Below are positions 41,753 to 64,000 of a stretch of 64,000 bases of DNA, piece after piece. Under the pieces are notes generated by a model. The model had not been told where the DNA came from, ran no database searches, and saw nothing but the letters and a program-made list of their open reading frames with translations. How positions within the stretch are numbered: the stretch's first letter is position 1; every line of letters starts with the position of its first letter. The position numbers were made by a program, and so were the translations under genes. This DNA comes from the human T2T-CHM13v2.0 reference genome, Homo sapiens. The stretch lies in the NCBI RefSeq assembly GCF_009914755.1, contig NC_060925.1; one strand, written 5' to 3'.

Positions 41753-41861
41753 GGGCGGAGCGGTAGGATGAAGATGGATTTCAGCCCCCCGATCTTCTCT
41801 CTCTGGCGCTCTCGCTCCCCCTTACCTTTCACTCCGACAACATGGCGGCCCACTGGGGACT
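41753..41861 (-). other. PUM1: PUM1 exon 1 (5'UTR); distal donor at 41753, alternative donor at 41826; upstream boundary approximate
   Basis: Lies in the CpG island. Donor CCC|GTGAGT (GT 41752-41751); second donor AAG|GTAAGG (GT 41825-41824). Initiator-like CCCAGT motifs with A at 41854 and 41861. Confidence 0.85.
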
Positions 41862-41922
41862 GGGTTGGCGCGGTGCATCCTGGGATAGGCTCCGGCCCCG
41901 GCCCCGGCGGTGGCAGCGGCAT
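41826..41922 (-). CDS. PUM1: Alternative N-terminal coding segment of an extended PUM1 isoform (MPLPPPGPGPEPIPGCTAPTQSPVGRHVVGVKG, continuing VGG-MSVAC in exon 2)
   Basis: 97 nt from ATG 41922 to donor 41826 plus 11 nt of exon 2 gives 108 nt = 36 codons, in frame with the main ATG and without a stop. Needs a TSS upstream of 41922; Kozak context is weak (C at -3). Confidence 0.6.
41838..41849 (+). promoter_or_regulatory. YY1 motif CAACATGGCGGC just downstream of the presumed TSS
   Basis: Matches the AANATGGCGGC YY1 consensus at a typical downstream-of-TSS position. Confidence 0.7.
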
Positions 41923-41960
41923 GTGCGGAGAAGGCTGGCGGCTCTGGAACAGGTTGCCTG

Positions 41961-41974
41961 GTTGCCATGCCAAC
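41961..41974. promoter_or_regulatory. RFX X-box GTTGCCATGCCAAC
   Basis: 13/14 match to the palindromic X-box GTTGCCATGGCAAC, about 100 bp upstream of exon 1; extra half-site GTTGCC at 41953-41958. Confidence 0.65.
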
Positions 41975-42453
41975 CCAGGGCCTGTGTGAACTCGGGAAAC
42001 TCGCAGGCAACACAAACGCTGCGCGCGAGTGCCCGCCCGCTAGGCGAGCGCGCGCCGCCAGGGCCGAAGGCGGGGTCCCGCCGGCCCGCACCTGGGAGAA
42101 CACGGCCTGGAGCTGGGCACGCGGGGTTGCGCCGGTGACGCTCCACCGAGTCTCGGACGCGCTCCTCGCGCCCGCCGCGCCCTCGGAAGCTTGCCCCCGA
42201 GCACCACAGCTAGCAGGGTTCGCGGACGGCCACCCGCACTGCCCTGGCCCCAGAGGTGCAGGGTTCAAACCCCTTCTCTGCAGCTTTCTAGCTCTGCGGC
42301 CTTATTTAAATCGACCTGCCTCCATTTCCACATTTGTACAATGAAGAAGAAAATAACCCCCACTTAACAGAATGGCCTGGAGGATTAAGTGGAATAATGT
42401 ATGTTAAGTGCTTTTAGTCTTACTGTCTCAAACTAAACTCAAAATAGATTGAA

Positions 42454-42812
<359 letters not shown>

Positions 42813-43079
42813 CTATAATTGGAGGAGGGAAAATGTTTATACTCATGAATCAAAGTCAAAAGATCATAAAAGAAAATATTGAAAGAAATATAAACATCTG
42901 TACGAGAAGAGATGCCATCAACAAAGTAGAACAAATGGATAAAAAATATTTGCAGTACACGGCCAGGCGCGATGGCTCATGCCTGTAATCCCAGCACTTT
43001 GGGAGGCCGAGGCGGGTGGATCATGAGGTCAAGAGATCAAGACCATCCTGGCCAACATGGTGAAACCCCGTCTCTACTA

Positions 43080-43427
<348 letters not shown>

Positions 43428-44706
43428 TCATCATGATAAATGCAAAATTTCTCCCATCAGGGTCCTGGTGGGGTGGCTCACACCTGTAATCCCAGCACTT
43501 TGGGAGGCAGAGGTGGTAGAATTGGTTGAGGCCAGCAGTTTGAGACCAGGCTGGGCAACATAGTGAGGCCTCGTCCCTACAAAAAGTTAAAAATTATCTG
43601 GGCATGGTGGCACACATCTGTAGTCCTAGCTACTTGGGAGCTAAAGCAGGAGAATTCCCTTGAGCCCAGGAATTGAGCTGCAGTGAGCTATGATTGGGCC
43701 ACTACATTCCAGCCTAGGAGACAGAAAGAGGCCCTGTATCAAATAAATAAATAAATAAAATCTGTAATCAATTTCTAAAAATCCGAAATGGGCTGGGCGC
43801 AGCGGCTCATGCCTGCAATCTGAACACTTTGGGAGGCCGAGGCAGGCAGATCACTTGAGGTCAGGAGTTCGAGACCAGCCTGGCCAACATGGTGAAACCC
43901 CATCTCTACTAAAACTACAAAAATTAGCCGAGCGTGGTTATGGGCGCCTGTAATCCCAGTTACTCTGGAGGCCGAGGCAAGAGAATCGCTTGAACCCAGG
44001 AGGTGGAGGTTGCAGTGAGCTGAGATGAAGCACTGCCTGGGAAACAGAATGAGATTCCATGTCAAAAGGAAAGAAATAAATCCAAAATAAAATAAATCCA
44101 AAATAAACAAACATAACAAAATCACATACAGCCAAGAAACATAAAAGTAGCCTGGGGTTGAGGGATGAAAGAGCAGAAATGGGAAGGTACTGCTAATGGG
44201 TATGGGGTCTCCTTTTGGAGTGTTGAAAACCTTTTAAAATTAGAGTGCGATGACGGTTGCAAAACTGTGAGTATACCATAAACCACCAAAGTAGACACTT
44301 TATGATTTAAATGGTGAATTTGTATTTTACTTTTGTTTTTCGAGACAGGGTCTCCCAGGTTAGAGTGCAGTGGTGTAACCATGGCTCACTTGTAGGCTTG
44401 AACTCCAGGGCCCAAGCGATCCTCTCACCTTGGCCTCCTAAGAAGTTGGAACTTCAGCCATGCACCAACACACTTAGCTAATTTTTTTGTTTTTGTTTTT
44501 GTTTTGAGATGAGTTCACCCTGTGTTGCCCAGGCTGGTAAATTAGTGAATTTTAGGCCGTGTATGGTGGCTCATGCCTGTAATCCCAAAACTTTGGGAGG
44601 CTGAAGCAGGCTGATGACTGGAGGTCAGGAGTTCAAGACCAGCCTGGCCAACATGGTGAAACCTCATCTCTACTAAGAATACAAAAATTAGCTGGGCGTA
44701 GTGTCA

Positions 44707-44835
<129 letters not shown>

Positions 44836-44959
44836 TCAAAAAAATAAAATAAAATAAAATAAAATAGTGAGTTTTATGGTATATGAAATATATATCGGCC
44901 GGGCACGGTGACTCATGCCCGTAATCCCAGCAATTTGGGAGGCCGAGGCAAGCGGATCA

Positions 44960-45187
<228 letters not shown>

Positions 45188-45336
45188 TTATATATATATA
45201 TAATCTCAAAGCTGTAAAAGATGAGAAAAAATAACTAATAAAAGAAATGCAACTTTAAAGTATAATATTTTCATCCATTAAACACACTGGCCAAAATTAA
45301 AATGATTATTAACATAGTGTTTCTACAAGTGTATAA

Positions 45337-45603
<267 letters not shown>

Positions 45604-46125
45604 TAGTCTTGAACTCCTGACCTCAAGTGATCCGCCTGCCTCGGCATCCCAGAGTGCCAGGATTACAGGCATGAGCCACCACGCCCAGCCTATCTTTACT
45701 TTAAAAAACAGAATGTTACTTTTGTTTAAAAAAATAGAAGACAGAGATTTTAATCTCTGAATGAGTTGGAAGTTAAAGATGTGAGCTTTGCTATTTTCTA
45801 GCCATGTGACCTTGAGAGCATGAGTCCAGCTCCCTCATCTGTTAAATGAGGATATCTATACTTTTCTCGCATGTTACGATGGTTAAATTAACTAGCACAC
45901 GGTAGTGTCTGATACAGCCAGGTGCAGTGACTCACATCAGTAATCCCAGTTATTCCAGAAACTGAAGAAGTAAGATCTTTTGAGCGCAGAAGTTCGAGAC
46001 CACCCTAGGCCATATAGCCAGACTCCCTCTCAAGGAAAAAAAAAAAAAAGTATCTGATACAGAATTATTATTATTATTATTATTTTAAAGAATAGAGATT
46101 AGGTTTCCCCATGTTGCCCAGGCTG

Positions 46126-46371
46126 GTCTGGCTCAAGAGCTGGATTTCCGAATACAACACCTTATGGGGTTGTTGAATTTGAGTGTTGACACTTTTATTT
46201 TTTTGAAATGAGGTCTCATTCTGTCACCCAGGCTGGAGTTCAGTGGTGATTACTGCTCACTGTAACCTCAAACTCCTGGGCTCAAGCAATCCTACTGCCT
46301 CGGCCTCCCAAAATTCAAATTCAACAACTCCATAAGATGTTGTATTCGGAAATCCAGCGCTTGAGCCAGAC
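46126..46371. repeat. 57-bp non-Alu inverted repeat (46126-46182 / 46315-46371), 3 mismatches, 132-bp spacer
   Basis: GTCTGGCTCAAGAGCTGGATTTCCGAATACAACACCTTATGGGGTTGTTGAATTTGA compared with the reverse complement of the second arm. Confidence 0.93.
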
Positions 46372-46974
46372 AAGAAATCATTTACTTAATCTCTCTGAGC
46401 CTCCATTTTCTCCCCTATAACATGGGTCTAATAGAATAGCACTGAATGAAATAAAGCTGATAAAGCATTTAGCCCCATCGGGCCAGGACATTGCAAAGTG
46501 CTGGTAACTATAATAGGAAAACCTGCAGGGGGAAATTGAGCAAATGAGCACACATGAGAAAGTTACAAAGATTTCAGTTTTCAGAACCTTACCACACGTT
46601 CTGTGCTCCATGATTTCATTCTGAGATCCATGACTAACTCCTTAGGTTTTGTTTGTTTGTTTGTTTTGAGCCAGAGCCTCGCTCTGTCGCCCAGGCTAGA
46701 GTACAGTGGCGTGACCTCAGCCCCCTGGGTTCAAGCAATTCTCCTGCCTCAGTATTCCTAGTAGCTGGGATTACAGGCCTGCGCTACCACACCCAACTGA
46801 TTTTTGTATTTTTAGTAGAGACGGGGTTTCACCATGTTGGCCAGGCTGGTCTCGAACTCCTGACCTCAAGTGATCTGCCCGCCTCAGCCTCCCAAAGTAC
46901 TGGGATCACAGGCGTGAGCCACCGTGTCCAGCCACTCCTTAGTTTTAACTTTAGCTTTTATTATTCAGGTGTAG

Positions 46975-47318
<344 letters not shown>

Positions 47319-47808
47319 TAGATTCTAAAGTCAGTTTAGCCACAGCCACGTGGAACCAACCTTCAGCTGCCTCCCCATCCAGTCAAATGATGCAATCCCA
47401 ACAGAACACTTGACACTCATCCATAGATTTCCCTTAAAGAATTACCTTCCAGGGCCTGAGGCACCAGCTCAGCACCCAAATAATCCTATCAGAGCAGTGC
47501 CTCCAACAAACACTAGAGACTGTCCTGTTAGCAAATGTTTACCTGTGCCACACACCGTGTTAAGACTTCTATAATTGCCTGGCGCGGTGGTTCACGCCTG
47601 TAATCCCAGCACTTTGGGAGGCTGAGGCAGGCAGATCGCTTGAGCTCAGGAGTCTGAGATCAGCCTGGGCAACATGACAGAACTCTGTACTAAAAAGTAC
47701 AAAAATTAGCCTGTAATCCCAGCATTTTGGGATGCCAAGGCATGCAGATCACTTGAGGTCAGGAGTTCAAGACCAGCCTGCCGGTGTGGCAAAATCCTGC
47801 CTCTACTA

Positions 47809-47967
<159 letters not shown>

Positions 47968-48270
47968 TCAAAAACAAACAAACAAACAAACAAAAAAGAC
48001 TTTTATAGTCATTATTTCATTTAAAACTCCCAAAATATCTATGACATGGACAAAATTATTATTCCCATTTCCCATGAGAAAACTGGCTGGGCATGGTGGC
48101 TTATGGCCTGTAATCCCCAATTGCTTGAGCTCAGGAGTTCAAGACCAGCTTGGGCAGCATAGTGAGATCCCCATCTCTACAAAAACAATTTAAAAATTAA
48201 AAAAATTAGCCAGGCATGGTGGTGCATACCCGTGGTCCCAGCTACTCAGGAGGCTGAGGTGGGAGGATGG

Positions 48271-48794
48271 CGTTGCAGTCTTTCTGCTCCTTAGCTCAGC
48301 TAGGTCTGAGTTCTTTACCTAGAAAAAGGAAAAATTAGGAATATGGACACTGGAGAGTGAGTGGAGTAGAATTTATTAAGCAAAAGGAAAGCTCTCAGCA
48401 GAGGGGATGTGAGGGGTGGTTCCCCTACCCTACTTGAAAGCGGGCAAGTCCCCCAGGTGGTTGGGTCTGGGGCCCTTTATGGACTTAGAATGGAGAGTGT
48501 GTGCTGACTGGTTTGTGAGTATGCAAAAAAGGTTCAAGTAAAGACACCACTCAAAGGTGGGCACAACAGTGTAGAAAAACCAATTAGGAAAGGGTAGGTA
48601 TATGTAAAACAGGTGAAGGGTGGGGCCCAATCAGAGGAAAGTACACCAAACAGGAAGAAAGTTCTCAATACAGTCGGAGGATTTAACTTGTAGCTTGGGC
48701 TTCAGGCTTTAAACGGTCTTCAGCTTGGAGGTGGGGTTTCACCCGGGACTCACCCTTATCTGCCTAGGCATTTGTCTGCCTCCTGCCACTCTCA
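48271..48794 (-). mobile_element. ERV1 solo LTR (LTR27/LTR28-like; subfamily uncertain) inserted into an AluJ-like right arm
   Basis: Minus strand begins TGAGAGTGGCAGGAGGCAGACAAATGCCTAGGCAGATAAGGG and has AATAAA near its end. 4-bp TSD ATGG/CTGG (1 mismatch). Alu sequence resumes on both sides. Confidence 0.78.
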
Positions 48795-50132
48795 CTGGCT
48801 TAGGCCCTGGAGGTCAAGGATGCAGTGAGCCATGATGACACCACTGCTTGCCAGCCTGGGCAACAGAGACTCTGTCTCTAAAAAAATAATAATTTAAACA
48901 AAATTAAAAACTAATTTTAAAAAAGATGAGAAAACCAAAACTTGAAGAGGTAAAGGAAACGGATTAGTATTTATCCAAACATTGTCTAAGGCTGTTTGCT
49001 GAGTGTTGTCTGATCAAGACAATGTGGAAATCATGTCTAAAACTTGGCAATCTTCTCAATTCATCTGGTTAAGCGGATACATAATAGACAATATCATCAA
49101 ACTTTGGGGGTTTGTGAAACTTAAAATCTAATCAAGCTGACCCAGGGAGAGGATTAAGGTGGATTTGAGAAGGGTATTTTTATTTATCTAATCAGTAAAA
49201 CCTAATCCATTCCATTGTAACCTAATCAGAGAATGATAGAAATCTCAAAATAGAAACTTTTAGTGTAGGTCATTCTAGAAAGCCTGGGTTCAGGAATTTT
49301 GAATGCTACTTCTTCATAGGGTAGCGGTTCTCAAGGTGTGCTCGGAGGCTTAGTGGTGAATCAGCCAACCTGGCCCTGCTGACCATGAGAACAAAGTCCA
49401 CAATAGACAACTGTGATACAATTCCACAGATTTTCATTCTCTTACAACCACCTGTACTTGGCTAGTATGTTACTATCATCTGGTATTTGTAAACTGAATG
49501 TAAAGCATTCCCAAGTAAAGTTTACATCCCTCAATTTTCAGAAAGGATTTTTCTCTTTGGGGGAGGTGGATATTTTGTTATAAGTGTTTGAGTTGCTTTT
49601 TCAACTACGTTACACTTGTGTTCTTCTATTTGTAGAATCTCCCTTGGATGGCACTTCAGTTCATTGTTTTGGTGCTTAGGTAATTGTTACACTGTTAGCA
49701 TTTCCACTGTCATTTTGTTTCATAGCAAGTCGTGATTCTTAGAGTGCTTTTCCCATGGGAAAGTAGGAGTGAGGAAGAATTTGGACGTCTGGTATTGGTA
49801 ACTATGTAATTCTGACCAACGCTGGTAAAATTGGAAAAATATTTTAAAGATCTCTGCTTGATATTATTGGAAAGCCAACAAGGTAGTGAAGAATTACCGA
49901 GCCAGGATTTCTGAAAGGAAGGAAACTGAGGGATGTAAACCCCATATTTAGAACTACTTTTCCAGGTGAGGTATTTCCTGACAGATAGCTAAGACGGTGA
50001 ATGGTGTTTGGTCTTTGTTTTTGTCAAAGACTTGTTTGAGATCTGGAGTGGTGTTTTTATTTTATTTTGTTTTTTTGTTATTTGTTTATTTGTTTATTTA
50101 TTTTTGAGGCAACATCTCACAGTGTCACCTAG

Positions 50133-50324
<192 letters not shown>

Positions 50325-51138
50325 TGATCTGCCCACCTTGGCCTCCCAAAGTGTTGTGAACCACAATACCCAGCGTATTTTGACTTTTTTTTTTTAATTT
50401 ATTTTATTTTGACACAGGCTCTCTCTCTGGCACAATCATGGCTCACTGCAGCCTCGATCTCCTGGGCCCAGGTGATCCTCCTGCCTCAGCCTCCCCATTA
50501 GCTGGGACTACAGGCATGTACCACCACACCTTCCTAATTTTTTTATTTTTATTCTGTAGAGCAAAAGTCTCACTGTGTTGACCAGGCTGATTTTGAACTC
50601 CTGGGTTCAAGATATCTTCCTGCTTTGGCCTCCCAAAGTGCTGGGATTACAGGCATGAGCCACCATGCCCAGCTATTTTATTTATTTATTTATTTATTTA
50701 TTTAGGGATGGAGTCTTACTCTGTTGCCCAGGCTGGAGTGCAGTGGCGCGATGTTGGCTCACTACAACCTCTGCCTCCCAGGTTCAAGTGATTCTTCCTC
50801 AGCCTCCTCCTGAGTAGCTGAGATTACAGGCACCTGCCACCACAGCCAGTTAAATTTTTTTTTTTTTTAATTTAGACGGAGTCTAGCTCTGTCACCCAGG
50901 CTGGAGTGCACTGACACAATCTCGGCTCAGCCTCCCGGGTTCACACCATTCTCCTGCCTCAGCCTCCCAAGTAGCTGGGACTACAGGCACCTGCCACCAC
51001 GCCCAGCTAATTTTTTGTGTTTTTAGTAGAGACTTTCTCCATGTTGGTCAGGCTGGTCTTGAACTCCTGACCTCAGGTGATCCACCCACCTTGGCCTCCC
51101 AAAGTGCTGGGATTACAGGCATAAGCCACCTCACCTGG

Positions 51139-51173
<35 letters not shown>

Positions 51174-51639
51174 TGGATTCTCGCTCTGTCGCCAGGCTGG
51201 AGTGCAGTGGCGTGATCTCAGCTCACTGCAACCTCTGCAGGGATCAAGGGATTCTCCTGCCTCAGCCTCCCGAGTAGTTGGGACTACAGGTGCACACCAC
51301 CATGCCCAGCTAATTTTTGTATTTTTAGTAGAGACAGGGTTTCACCATGTTGGCAGGATGGTCTTGATTTCTTGACCTCGAGATCCACCAGCCTTGGCCT
51401 CCCAAAGTCCTGGGATTACAGATGTGAGCCACCAAGCCCAGCCTAATTTTTATATTTTTAGTAGAGACAGGATTTTGTCATGTTGGCCAGGCTGGTCTCA
51501 AACTCCTGACCTCAGGTGATTCGCCTGGTTCGGCCTCCCAAAGTGCTGGGATTATAGGCATGAGCCATGGCACCTGGCAGTATTTATAACTTTTAAACCA
51601 GAAGAAGAAAACTTTGTTGTGAAAAGAACAAAAACAATG

Positions 51640-60275
<8,636 letters not shown>

Positions 60276-60281
60276 AAAATA

Positions 60282-60476
60282 CTGTAGTCCCCCCACTTAT
60301 CCACAGGGGACACAGGTAACACCTCCCAGTGAATGCCTGAAACTTCAGATAGTACCAAACCCTCTATAAACTGTTTTTTCCTACATGTATATACCTATCA
60401 CAAAGTTTAATTTATGAACTAGGCACAGTAGGAGATTAACAACAAATAATAAAATGGAACAATTATAACAATGTAC
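60282..60476 (+). mobile_element. MER44/Tigger7 DNA transposon 5' fragment
   Basis: CTGTAGTCCCCCACTTATCCAC terminal repeat and GATAGTACC/AGGCACAGTA internal motifs typical of MER44. Confidence 0.75.
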
Positions 60477-62135
<1,659 letters not shown>

Positions 62136-62400
62136 GGCCAGCCACAATGGCTCACACCTGTAATCCCAACACTTTGGGAGGCCAAGGTGGGAGGATCACT
62201 TGAGTCCAGGAGTTCAAGACCAGCTTGGGCAACACAGTGAGACCTCATCTCTACAAAAAATACAAAAATTAGGGGCTGGGTGTGGTGGTTCATGCCTGTG
62301 ATTCCAGCACTTTGGGAGGCCAAGGCAGGCGGATCACTTGGGGTCAAGAATTCAAGAACAGCCTGACCAACATGGTGAAATCCCGTCTCTACTAAAACTA

Positions 62401-62794
<394 letters not shown>

Positions 62795-62919
62795 TTATTT
62801 TAATTTGCAATATACTTAATTACAATTCCAAGAGTATACATATGTTAAATGATTGTCTTTGAGGGCAGTGGTGGCGGGGGAAGGCGATGGAAATGGTGGG
62901 AGCAGAAAGAACTAGGGAG

Positions 62920-63605
<686 letters not shown>

Positions 63606-64000
63606 TTAGTTGTGGTGATAAGGTGGTCTTCACTGGGTTTAGGCAACAAGAAATAAAGATGTGCATTGTCAGTAAATAATTCTAAAATAGACTAAATGTT
63701 ACTCTGCTATTCAATATCATCATGTACTAGCAATTTTAAACAATGTCTAAAAGTTATAAAATATTTCTCGGCCAGGCGCGGTGGCTCATGCCTGTAATCC
63801 CAGCACTTTGGGAGGCCGAGGCAGGTGGATCGCCTGAGGTTGGGAGTTCGAGACCAGCCTGACTAACATGGAGAAACTCCATCTCTCCTAAAAATACAAA
63901 ATTATCCGGGCATGGTGGTGCATGCCTGTAATCCCAGCTACTCAAGAGGCTGAGGCAGGAGAATCACTTGAACCCAGGAGGCAGAGGTTGCGGTGAGCTG

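Larger units (their letters stand above)
41230..42320. promoter_or_regulatory. CpG island / TATA-less PUM1 promoter
   Basis: Only non-Alu GC- and CpG-dense block in the window; surrounds exon 1. Boundaries judged by eye. Confidence 0.9.

Noticed and set aside
41591-42344. Several overlapping GC-rich ORFs in the CpG island
   Set aside because: Stop-codon scarcity in GC-rich DNA; only the segment from ATG 41922 links to PUM1 through a splice site.

Overview
Human (AluYb8-bearing), extremely Alu-rich genomic DNA containing the 5' end of PUM1 (Pumilio RNA-binding family member 1) on the minus strand. The CpG-island promoter and exon 1 lie at about 41.75-41.9 kb with two alternative splice donors. 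Exon 2 (35342-35715) carries the ATG at 35704, and exon 3 is 4950-5018. Intron 2 hosts two processed pseudogenes antisense to PUM1: an AK6 retrocopy with 12-bp TSDs and an unexplained ~173-nt insert at the parental exon 1/2 junction, and an RPS29 retrocopy. It also holds a truncated AluYb8, an MST solo LTR and L1/L2/MIR remnants. The upstream 22 kb is repeat-dominated: Alus, two ERV1 LTRs, MER44 and an old L1 shattered by Alus. Most nominal ORFs in the track are Alu artefacts. The most interesting signals are possible layers of PUM1 dosage control. (1) Exon 2 is bracketed by inverted Alus and, if circularised, encodes a 125-aa ORF whose stop overlaps its own start (ATGA). (2) An upstream ATG gives either a 36-aa N-terminal extension or a 90-aa overlapping uORF depending on the exon 1 donor. 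(3) There is a candidate 68-nt poison exon in intron 2. (4) An upstream microsatellite spells 11 perfect Pumilio response elements on the PUM1 strand. All functional interpretations are hypotheses; repeat subfamily calls are from recall of consensus sequences, not from a search.
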